Below are positions 8,576 through 16,394 of a stretch of 23,024 nucleotides of DNA, piece after piece (position 1 is the stretch's first letter; each line of letters begins with the position of its first letter). This DNA is from Chloroflexota bacterium. Lineage in GTDB: Bacteria; Chloroflexota; Anaerolineae; UBA1429. The notes under the pieces were generated by a model. The model searched no databases, was not told where the DNA came from, and was given only the letters and a program-made list of their open reading frames with translations. A program made the translations under genes and the position numbers. Location: contig JAJFUJ010000114.1 of assembly GCA_021372475.1 (NCBI GenBank), forward strand, positions 1 to 23,024, written 5' to 3'.

Positions 8576-9340
8576 CTAGCCTTTGGCTTGCTTCAAGAGA
8601 GCCTTACAGGCATCGCTAAAGATACCTACATCCACACCGAGCGCGATATACTGAACACCCAGAGAAGACCAGCGTTTAGCGGCTTCAGGGCTGCCGGCAA
8701 AAGTGCCAGCGGCCTTGCCTGCTGCGCGGATTTTTTTGGTAGCAACCTCCATCCCCTTGACGACGCGCGGGTCGTTGACCTGTCCCGGGATGCCAAAGGA
8801 CTGCGAGAGGTCATAAGGACCAAGGAAAATCACGTCAATATTGGGGACGCTGACAATTTCATCCAGGTTCTCCAACCCACGCTGCCCTTCGATGTGGATG
8901 ATCACCAATTGCTCTGCATTCAAGCGGTCGGTTATCCCCTGCTGGCCAAAGACCACATAGTCGCCGGCGCGAGTATAGAAGGAGAGACCGCGCATCCCCA
9001 GGGGTTGGTATTTGGCCGCTTTGACCACGGCTTCAGCATCTGCACGCGTCTCAATTTGCGGCACCTGCACGCCGGCTGAGCCAATATCCAGAGCGCGTTG
9101 AATCTGCGGGGCATCGTTCTTGCGCACCCGCACGATAGGCGAAAGGCCGCCTGCTTGTCCGGCCCGGCACAGGTCCTCGGCCGTCTCAACCTCCAACGGG
9201 CCGTGTTCCATATCGATGATGGCGAAATCGAAACCCGTCATGCCCACGATTTCGATAAATGAACCATAGCTGCAGTTCATGAACGGCCCATAGACCACTT
9301 CACCGCGCTGCAGGCTGCGTTTCAACTGATTCTCTCGCAT
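8576..9340 (-). CDS. HpcH/HpaI family aldolase (2-keto-3-deoxy sugar-acid / 2,4-dihydroxyhept-2-enedioate aldolase family).
   Basis: Start reassigned to the ATG at 9340 (AAGGAG SD 6 nt upstream); the ORF track extends to 9406. GFDFAIIDMEHGP (substrate/metal motif), VRVRKNDA...IQRALDIGSAGVQVPQIET and DVIFLGPYDLSQSFG are typical of the HpcH/HpaI fold. Confidence 0.75.
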   Translation of the reverse strand: MRENQLKRSLQRGEVVYGPFMNCSYGSFIEIVGMTGFDFAIIDMEHGPLEVETAEDLCRAGQAGGLSPIVRVRKNDAPQIQRALDIGSAGVQVPQIETRADAEAVVKAAKYQPLGMRGLSFYTRAGDYVVFGQQGITDRLNAEQLVIIHIEGQRGLENLDEIVSVPNIDVIFLGPYDLSQSFGIPGQVNDPRVVKGMEVATKKIRAAGKAAGTFAGSPEAAKRWSSLGVQYIALGVDVGIFSDACKALLKQAKG

Positions 9341-9483
9341 CTCCGGCTCCTTGATCTGCTGTTTAAGGTACGGCAGCAGTCTAGCCGTATACCACAAATG
9401 CGTCAAGGGCGCGGCGTTAGCGCTTGCGGGAGACGCATACTTTCCGTAAGATACGGGTAAACTGGCCGCAGCGAGGAAGACGC

Positions 9484-10536
9484 ATGTTGAGATTCACACC
9501 GGAACGTTTATGCACCGTGACCAGCCGGGTACTCAAAGCCGCAGGGGCGCGGGCCAGCTCAGCGGAGTGCGTAGCGGCTTCATTGGTCGAAAACAATCTG
9601 ATGGGTCATGAGTCGCACGGCGTACTGCGCATCAGCCAGTACACAAATGAGATCGCGAACGGTATCATTGATCCAGCAGGCATCATCCGGACACTGCGTG
9701 AAAGCGCGACTACTGCGCTGCTGGACGGCGGCCGCAACTTTGGGCAGATTGTCGCTCACCAGGCGATGGAAATGGCCATAGAACGCGCCCGCCGACACGA
9801 CCTGGGGTTGGTGGCCATCCGCAATTGCAGCCATACGGGGCGCCTCGGCGAGTATGCATGCCAGGCAGCGCGCGAAGGTCTCATCGGCCTGGTATTCTCA
9901 GCCGGTTCATCACCGGGCGGCATTGTGGCTCCCTACGGCGCCACCAGTCGGGCGTTGAATACAAATCCAATGTCCTGGGCTGTGCCGACTGCCAAATGCC
10001 CGATCCTCTTCCTGGATATGGCAACTTCGATGGTTGCCCAGGGGAAAATCGTTGCCGCCATCGATAATCAAAGACAGATCCCGCCTGGCTGGCTGTTGAA
10101 TGCTGCCGGTGAGCCGACCACCAATCCGCTGGATCAGAGAGAAGGGGGCGCACTTGTGCCTTTTGGCTTGCATAAAGGCTCGGGATTATCGGTAATGATC
10201 GACCTGGTCGCTGGTGGGCTGACGGGCCGCGGACCAGCTATCCTCCCCGAGTTTCAGCGTGATTACCCCACCGTCGTGGCTGCGCTCAACATCGAGGCCT
10301 TCCAACCTTTGGACGAATTCCGCGAGACCGCGGATAAATACATTGCGGCACTAAAGCAGGCGCGCAAGGCGCCTGGCGTAGAGGAAATATTCGTGCCCGG
10401 TGAAATCGAGTGGCGCACACGCCAGGACCGTCTGCAGCACGGCATCGAGATCCCCGAAGCTACCTGGGAACGCATCGTGAGCGCGGGAGCCAAACTCGGC
10501 CTGGATATTCAATTGCAAGAGGAGGTTGGACTATGA
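9484..10536 (+). CDS. Ldh_2 family (malate/L-lactate/L-sulfolactate-type) NAD(P)H-dependent oxidoreductase.
   Basis: Start at the ATG at 9484 with SD GAGGAAG. Conserved GHESHGVLR motif (GH[DE]SHG of PF02615) and the Gly-rich GGxxAPYGGT-like segment SSPGGIVAPYGATS. Confidence 0.75.
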   Translation: MLRFTPERLCTVTSRVLKAAGARASSAECVAASLVENNLMGHESHGVLRISQYTNEIANGIIDPAGIIRTLRESATTALLDGGRNFGQIVAHQAMEMAIERARRHDLGLVAIRNCSHTGRLGEYACQAAREGLIGLVFSAGSSPGGIVAPYGATSRALNTNPMSWAVPTAKCPILFLDMATSMVAQGKIVAAIDNQRQIPPGWLLNAAGEPTTNPLDQREGGALVPFGLHKGSGLSVMIDLVAGGLTGRGPAILPEFQRDYPTVVAALNIEAFQPLDEFRETADKYIAALKQARKAPGVEEIFVPGEIEWRTRQDRLQHGIEIPEATWERIVSAGAKLGLDIQLQEEVGL

Positions 10537-11309
10537 GAATCTATATTCTAACGGATATAGAAGGGGCGTGCGGTGTCTCGCGTTGGGATCAGGGCGACTG
10601 CACTTCACCTACTTACCCGCAGGCAGTGCGGTTGATGACCGCCGAATTGACCGCTTGTGTCGAGGGAATCCGCTCAATCGTTCCCAATGCAGAGATTTGC
10701 ATCTGGGATGCCCATGGGGCGGGCTCGATCGACTTCGAGCAGGTGCCGGCCGGCTGCCAGTTAATCAACAGTGGGGCGCTGCCCGCCCCTCTCCTCTTTG
10801 ACCAGGGCTGGGACGCGCTGTTTTTCCTGTGCCAACACTCCAAAGCAGGCACGCCGAACGGCAATCTGTGCCACACCTATTCATCCAGCTTAATCGAGTA
10901 TTTTAAGATCAACGGCCTGGAGCTGGGCGAGTTCGGCTGCCGGGCGGCGCTGGCCGGCAGCTACGGCATCCCCACCGTATTCGTCAGCGGCGATGATACG
11001 ATGATGGCCGAGGCCCAAGCTCTGGTGCCGGGTATCTTGTGCGCGCAGGTCAAAGTTGGGCTGGGCACGCAGTTAGCCAGGCACCTTGCGCCCGCGGATG
11101 CCCGCGCCTTGATTCGCGAGACGGCAGCCCTGGCCATCCTGCATTACAAGTCGATCCCGCCCCTGATACTGGCCGGACCTCCTTTCGAGCAGGAGATCAG
11201 GGTTGGGCCGAAGGCCGATCCCGCCATTATGATCAGTCGGGGGTTTCAGCAGTTGGACGCCTTTCGTTATGTAAAGCGTTCCAATAAGCTCGACGATCTA
11301 TGGATATGA
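10533..11309 (+). CDS. Peptidase M55 (D-aminopeptidase DppA-like) family protein.
   Basis: Start at the ATG at 10533 (SD GGAGG), overlapping the upstream stop as ATGA. MRIYILTDIEGACGVS mirrors the DppA N-terminus (MKxYxSxDxEGxxGV). VFVSGDDTMMAEAQALVPGI mirrors the DppA VLMVAGDDxAxxEA segment. Confidence 0.65.
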   Translation: MRIYILTDIEGACGVSRWDQGDCTSPTYPQAVRLMTAELTACVEGIRSIVPNAEICIWDAHGAGSIDFEQVPAGCQLINSGALPAPLLFDQGWDALFFLCQHSKAGTPNGNLCHTYSSSLIEYFKINGLELGEFGCRAALAGSYGIPTVFVSGDDTMMAEAQALVPGILCAQVKVGLGTQLARHLAPADARALIRETAALAILHYKSIPPLILAGPPFEQEIRVGPKADPAIMISRGFQQLDAFRYVKRSNKLDDLWI

Positions 11310-11331
11310 ATCAGTGAGCGAGGAGCACCCC

Positions 11332-11658
11332 ATGGGCAGTACTAGCGACTATGCTACTCGCTCCGGCGCTACCGCAGAGGTGGCCGAGGAAACCGGCCAG
11401 GTGCTGCGTGCAAACGGCAACGATGTCGAGGCGCGTGATGTCCGCCAGATAAAAGCGCTCTCTGGTTACAGCGCTATCGTATTAGGCTCACTGGCACGCA
11501 TAGGTAAACTGATGCCCGAGGTGCTGCGATTTGCCGAGCGCAGCGCCTCCATCCTGCGAGAACTGCCGGCCATCCGCTTTAGCCAGGGAGTGATCATGAA
11601 CCAGGACTCGCCGGAAAACCGCAGACAGGCCGAAGCCTTTTATACAGCCGCTGGTTGA
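11332..11658 (+). CDS. Short flavodoxin-like domain protein, possibly a truncated remnant.
   Basis: 109 aa from the ATG at 11332 with SD GAGGAG. YATRSGATAEVAEE resembles the flavodoxin Y-G-S-x-T-G-N-T phosphate loop. DVRQIKALSGYSAIVLGS resembles the DLSxYDAVVLGSP segment. However the beta-1 strand preceding the loop is polar (GSTSD) and the protein is ~50 aa shorter than typical flavodoxin_4 members. Confidence 0.35.
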   Translation: MGSTSDYATRSGATAEVAEETGQVLRANGNDVEARDVRQIKALSGYSAIVLGSLARIGKLMPEVLRFAERSASILRELPAIRFSQGVIMNQDSPENRRQAEAFYTAAG

Positions 11659-11849
11659 TTTGGTCACGCTCAAAGCGGCGAGGCTGTTTGGTGATGAGGT
11701 GGGCGCTCAAGCAGGATAAAGAAGGGGCTATGGCTATACCACCCGCCGACCACTGCGATTTTACTGCTTCCAGAGCGTGAGAGCTGCTAATATTTGTGCC
11801 CTGATATAACGCCAAAGTGACACAACCAACCATTGTCGGAGGATACTGA

Positions 11850-13316
11850 ATGAGCACACCAATCGTGATTCATCCGCAGAATCCAAAGCTATTTCTGTTT
11901 CGCGGTAAGCCCCGCGTGCTGTTGACCGCTACCGAGCATTATGGGGCAGTCATAAATCGCCCTTTCAACATGGCGCGCTACCTTGCCGATGCAGCCGAGC
12001 ATGGGATGACGCTGACGCGCCTGTTTATGCTCTTCCGCGAGCAGCAGTCTCCACAGAATCCGTACTCCACCTGTAAACCGGAGAGCACCGACTATATTAC
12101 ACCCTTTTTGCGCATAGGCCCTGGTAAAGCCACCGACTGGCTGCTAAAGTACAATCTCGATTGCTGGAATCCCGAGTTTTTCCAACGCCTGCACGCATTC
12201 CTGGGATTGGCCAGCGAGCACGGCATCATCGTCGAGGTTACTTTGCTTTCCAATACCTATGGCGAATCCGTATGGGCGCTCAACCCCCTGTATCACGACA
12301 ACAATATCAACGGGCTGGATAAAATCCCCTGGGCAGAGTATATGAGCCTGCGCCACCCCCGCCTGGTGGAATATCAATTGCGTCATGTGCGTAAAATCGT
12401 GACTGAGATCAATCCTTATGATAACGTCATCCTTGAGGTATGCAATGAGCCCGGCGGCTTCAGGCAGGAACCGCAATTCCCTACCCCTGAGGAAGTGAAT
12501 GCCTGGCAAAAAGTGATAATCGATACCATCCGCGAAACGGAGAGTGGTCTACCCAATCAGCATCTCATCAGCGGGCAGGAGGCCTTCACCTACGACCCCT
12601 TTACCCAGACATCAGATGCATCGTTCGCGGACATGAATTTCGATATCATCAACATGCACCCGCTGCCGGGAACAGTGTACCACGGTGCTACCTACGATAT
12701 GGGCAACTTTATGTCGGCTGAGCTGAACCTGCAGGCTGTGCGCGACTATGCCCTCGCCACATACAACGAACCCAAGCCGATGAACTATGATGAGGATAAC
12801 TGCGCCTCGCGCTTCCGCGACCAAACAGGCTGGACTATACACCGCAAGCGCGCCTGGGTGACGCTGCTCTCGGGCGGGCACTATGACCTGATTGATTTCT
12901 CAATTCAGTGCTATCTGGAGGCAGGCACGCCGGAAGCCAACCGCTATTTACGCACCTGGTTCAAGCATCTTTCAAACTTTATCCACCGTTTGGATTTGGC
13001 GCGCTGCCGCCCGATTTCCGGGCTAATCGCCGGGCAGCCCGACCATACGCTCGCGGCGTGCTATGGGATACCCGACAGCGATTATGTCATCTACCTGGCG
13101 GATTCCCGCGAACTGGATGATTACGGTGCTGGTAAACCGATCGGCGGCGAGTTGACGCTGAATCTGGAGCCGGGCGGCTATCGGATGTACTGCTATTCGC
13201 CCGTCAGCGGCATGGCGTCGCCCGGTATCTGGATTCAAGCCGAGGGGCAAACCAGCCTGGCGGTGCCGGAATTCGAGCAGGATATCGTCCTTCGCGTTGC
13301 ACGCGAACGCCACTAA
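11850..13316 (+). CDS. Clan GH-A (GH5-like cellulase-superfamily) glycoside hydrolase.
   Basis: 488 aa with SD GGAGGA. Conserved LEVCNEPGG (NEP acid/base motif of GH5-type TIM barrels). No signal peptide is evident. Confidence 0.55.
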   Translation: MSTPIVIHPQNPKLFLFRGKPRVLLTATEHYGAVINRPFNMARYLADAAEHGMTLTRLFMLFREQQSPQNPYSTCKPESTDYITPFLRIGPGKATDWLLKYNLDCWNPEFFQRLHAFLGLASEHGIIVEVTLLSNTYGESVWALNPLYHDNNINGLDKIPWAEYMSLRHPRLVEYQLRHVRKIVTEINPYDNVILEVCNEPGGFRQEPQFPTPEEVNAWQKVIIDTIRETESGLPNQHLISGQEAFTYDPFTQTSDASFADMNFDIINMHPLPGTVYHGATYDMGNFMSAELNLQAVRDYALATYNEPKPMNYDEDNCASRFRDQTGWTIHRKRAWVTLLSGGHYDLIDFSIQCYLEAGTPEANRYLRTWFKHLSNFIHRLDLARCRPISGLIAGQPDHTLAACYGIPDSDYVIYLADSRELDDYGAGKPIGGELTLNLEPGGYRMYCYSPVSGMASPGIWIQAEGQTSLAVPEFEQDIVLRVARERH

Positions 13317-13327
13317 CTCTTTAAGCA

Positions 13328-14167
13328 TCACCAGTCTACGGCAGGGGTACGCTCCAGGTCCAAGGCAAAATCGACATCCTCATCCAGCCACTCCGCCGCG
13401 CGGGGAGAGCCGGATGTGCCGGCGCGTTCACACAGCGTGCGGTAAGCGCAGGTTATGCAATATTCCTGCCGCTCTGTCTTGGTAAACGCTTCTTCGGGCG
13501 CGCCGGCGATCTCCTCTGCCAACTCAGTGAGCAGCACACGGTCATCCTCCAGATTGGCGCGGCTGTAGGGGATATACACTGTTGCCTCAGGCTCATTGGC
13601 GAACCAGTAACACATCTCGATGCGTTCCGGCGCCACGGGTGCGCCCTGGGTAAGGATGTTGCCAGCGCAAGCCAGCATATAACAATAAATACGTGTCTGC
13701 AGCCGAGTACGCAGCGTTTTGAGGGAGGGCACAGCCTGCAGTGTTTTCCAGTCCACTATCACAGCGCGTCCCTCGCGCTGCAGGGCAATCAAATCGTAGC
13801 GCGCGTACAGGCGGTACGCCCCCAGCCCGATAGTCAGCGGGTATTCTGACAGAAGCACTTCATGTGGCAACAACGCGTAATCGAACGACTTCCAGGCCGA
13901 CCACCAGGATTGCAGCAAGGGATCGTCCGTTGCGTTCACCTGTAAATCAACCGGCAGGCCGAGTTGAGCGCGTTCGAGCCAGCGGTGAAAGATAACACCG
14001 CGCTGCAGATGCTGCTGATACTCGAGGGGCTGTTCGCCCTCGGCCATCGGCCATGGTTGGCGCTGCACATATCTGAGCCAAAAGCGCCGTTTGCAGCGCT
14101 GGTAAGTGCTCAGGCTGTGCTGGCTTAACTGAAAACCCGCAGGCAAGTGATTCGCCGCAGCGCTCAT
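13328..14167 (-). CDS. Cas4/AddB-type PD-(D/E)XK (RecB-family) nuclease with a predicted 4Fe-4S cluster; third gene of the helicase operon.
   Basis: N-terminal Cys in YQRCKRRFWLRY. C-terminal C-x2-C-x5-C (CITCAYRTLC). RecB-family motif II RYDLIAL, motif III IVDWKT and QxxxY motif (LQTRIYCYML). The preferred start at 14167 has a GGAGG SD and sits 1 nt after the TGA stop of the upstream helicase; an alternative ATG is at 14191. Confidence 0.7.
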   Translation of the reverse strand: MSAAANHLPAGFQLSQHSLSTYQRCKRRFWLRYVQRQPWPMAEGEQPLEYQQHLQRGVIFHRWLERAQLGLPVDLQVNATDDPLLQSWWSAWKSFDYALLPHEVLLSEYPLTIGLGAYRLYARYDLIALQREGRAVIVDWKTLQAVPSLKTLRTRLQTRIYCYMLACAGNILTQGAPVAPERIEMCYWFANEPEATVYIPYSRANLEDDRVLLTELAEEIAGAPEEAFTKTERQEYCITCAYRTLCERAGTSGSPRAAEWLDEDVDFALDLERTPAVDW

Positions 14168-14168
14168 G

Positions 14169-16385
14169 TCAGGCGCCTCCGGCGATAGCATACAGTGCTA
14201 GAGGCAACCGTACGGGTCGTTTGCCACTAGTCCCGGCATACGAGATATATAGGTCGCATCTGGCTCGGGTGATGGCTACATAAAGCAGCCGCAGGCGCTC
14301 CGCGATCTGTTCCCGGCGCGAGTGCTGCACCAGCGCCGGCACATCCTGCTGGATGCCCGTAGCCGACATGAGTTGTTCCAGCACTGCACTTGTCTCCAGC
14401 TCCGGCGCACGTTCCTGCATATAGTAAGGTTCGCTGCGAAAGACGTCGTCGCTGGTATCCGGGAATTCCAGGGTATCAACACAAATGAGGTACACCACGT
14501 CCCACTCCAGCCCCTTGGCTTTGTGCATCGTTGTGACGGCGGTGCGGCCGGCGCGCGGTTCATAGCCCGCATCTACAAAAGCGATTTCCGCCAAGCTGCG
14601 TTTGTTCTGTGCAATTTGGGATAATTCGGCGGCGTATTCCCCCAGGCGCCACTCCGGATGGATTTGCCAGAGCGAACGCAGACGGCCGGCCAGGACATGG
14701 GTAATGGCCAGATCGCCTTCCGCCCGAAACAAGTCCTGCGCAATGGTCAGCACCAGTTGATCGGCCGGCAGCACCACTGCCCTGAGCCAGCGGGCGGCGA
14801 GTTCCACAAAACGGGCGAGCAGCGGGAGTTCTTCGGGCAGCGGCCGAGCCTGCGCCGGCAGACTCTCATACCAGAGCTCGGCCTGCGTCGGGAAAAAGAC
14901 CTGCTCCGGCGGGGCGGAAGCAACTAACGTCTTTTGCGCGCGCAGCCGGAACCCGGCCTGCGCCTCACCCAGGTATCCGCCTTTAGCCAGCGTCTCATAC
15001 AGTGCAGCCTGGCTGCTCACGCTGGGTTTATGAAGAAAAACGAGTACCTTCTCCAGGACGCCGGTCACATGGCGGGTTTGAGGGGTTGAACGCAGCAGGT
15101 CATCGAAAGGGGGCTTCGGCGATATCTTTGCGAACTCGTTCACGACCACCGCCCCCTGCTTATTGGTGGGGCACAGGATGGCCTGCGAATAGCCCGGATG
15201 CCGCCTACCGTAGTCAACCGCCTTCGTTACTACCCTGTTTGCCAGAGTTTCAAGGTCAGGGAAAGGCTCAGTTATGATACGCACGTGACTCTCTTCTGCT
15301 GGCGGATTGGGCTGCGGATCTCCAACACGCGTCGGCAGGATATCCTGTTCCTCGAAAGCGATACGTCGAATCTCGTCTTCGGGGTGCTGCTGGCACACCC
15401 AATGCACAAGCGAATTGGCCAGGTTGATAATCGGGCTTGCGCTGCGCCCCGATTCCGGCAGCGCGCAGGTCTTGACAACAGGGTCAGCCAAGAAGCGTCT
15501 GAAAAAGAGCGGGTCGGCGGTGGTAAAGGTGGCGTTGATCGATTGATTCGGGTCGCCCATCCGCACCCAGTTGCCATCCTCGCCGGCCAGGCAGCGCAGG
15601 ATGGTCTCCTGCAGCGGGCTGCTGTCCTGGGCTTCGTCCTCCAGGATAAACGGCCAGCGCCGTCTGAGACCTTCCGTATAGCTAGCGTCCTCGTCCAGCG
15701 CATCGATGGCCCGCCAGATGAGGTCGTCGAAATCCAGCGCATTTTGCGTGCCCAGGTAGTTTTGGTAACCGGCGTACAGCTCCAAACCGATCAAAGCGAT
15801 GTCATGCGTAATGCCCACCTTACGGGCCTGGATGCGGGCCTGCTCCGGCGTAAGCCGCAGGTGTTTGCAGGCTTTGACGGCTGCCAGACCTATTTTCCTG
15901 GTCTGTTCCTGCCAACTGGTCCGCGCGTTGCGGTTGTCATCAGGGATAAAGCTGCTCCAATAAGCAACGTGTCCGGCAACCCAGGTATTTACGGCGTGGG
16001 TCATCAAGCTATCTCGCTCAGCATCATCAATAATCACGAACGCGTCCTCCACGCCGGCTATATCGTTGCGGATACGCAGGATATCGGCCGCGAGGCGATG
16101 CAACGTGCATACATGGTAGCCGACAGGCGGCAGCCCCTGTGCCTGCAGGATGGCCTTGATGCGTCGCGAGATATTATCCACCGCCGAGTTCTGCACCGTC
16201 ACTACCAGCACTTCGCCTTCTTCGCCCAATTTGCCCTCGATAATGAGCCGGGCAGCCAGAAGCGCCAGCGTGAGCGTCTTGCCGGAACCGGGCACCGCTG
16301 AGACGCCCATCAGCCCGCCCTGGTAAGCGAGGATGGCGCGCTGATGCTCGCGCAGTTGATAGCCATATAATTCGGATGATGTCAT
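14169..16385 (-). CDS. UvrD/Rep/PcrA-like SF1A DNA helicase with all motor motifs and no nuclease domain.
   Basis: 738 aa. Motif I AVPGSGKT, Ia TVQNSAVDNI, Ib CTLHRLA, II LEDEAQD, III GDPNQSINATFTTADP, V TTMHKAKGLEWDVVYL, VI VAITRARCDLYISY. The ORF ends right after motif VI. Confidence 0.8.
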   Translation of the reverse strand: MTSSELYGYQLREHQRAILAYQGGLMGVSAVPGSGKTLTLALLAARLIIEGKLGEEGEVLVVTVQNSAVDNISRRIKAILQAQGLPPVGYHVCTLHRLAADILRIRNDIAGVEDAFVIIDDAERDSLMTHAVNTWVAGHVAYWSSFIPDDNRNARTSWQEQTRKIGLAAVKACKHLRLTPEQARIQARKVGITHDIALIGLELYAGYQNYLGTQNALDFDDLIWRAIDALDEDASYTEGLRRRWPFILEDEAQDSSPLQETILRCLAGEDGNWVRMGDPNQSINATFTTADPLFFRRFLADPVVKTCALPESGRSASPIINLANSLVHWVCQQHPEDEIRRIAFEEQDILPTRVGDPQPNPPAEESHVRIITEPFPDLETLANRVVTKAVDYGRRHPGYSQAILCPTNKQGAVVVNEFAKISPKPPFDDLLRSTPQTRHVTGVLEKVLVFLHKPSVSSQAALYETLAKGGYLGEAQAGFRLRAQKTLVASAPPEQVFFPTQAELWYESLPAQARPLPEELPLLARFVELAARWLRAVVLPADQLVLTIAQDLFRAEGDLAITHVLAGRLRSLWQIHPEWRLGEYAAELSQIAQNKRSLAEIAFVDAGYEPRAGRTAVTTMHKAKGLEWDVVYLICVDTLEFPDTSDDVFRSEPYYMQERAPELETSAVLEQLMSATGIQQDVPALVQHSRREQIAERLRLLYVAITRARCDLYISYAGTSGKRPVRLPLALYAIAGGA

Positions 16386-16394
16386 AGTGGCATT

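Noticed and set aside
8588-9079. 163-aa plus-strand ORF antisense to the aldolase gene
   Set aside because: Overlaps a strongly supported HpcH/HpaI gene. No independent signals.
8576-9406. Longer N-terminal extension of the aldolase (start at 9406, MTHLWYTARLL...)
   Set aside because: The extension has no SD and does not match the HpcH/HpaI N-terminus. The internal ATG at 9340 has AAGGAG at ideal spacing and gives a family-typical 255-aa protein.
15198-16301. 367-aa plus-strand ORF, plus the 156-aa (15272-15742) and other ORFs inside helicase gene 2
   Set aside because: They lie antisense to or overlap a gene with complete helicase motifs. Their composition (R/A/G/P-rich, no motifs) is typical of shadow ORFs in GC-rich DNA.
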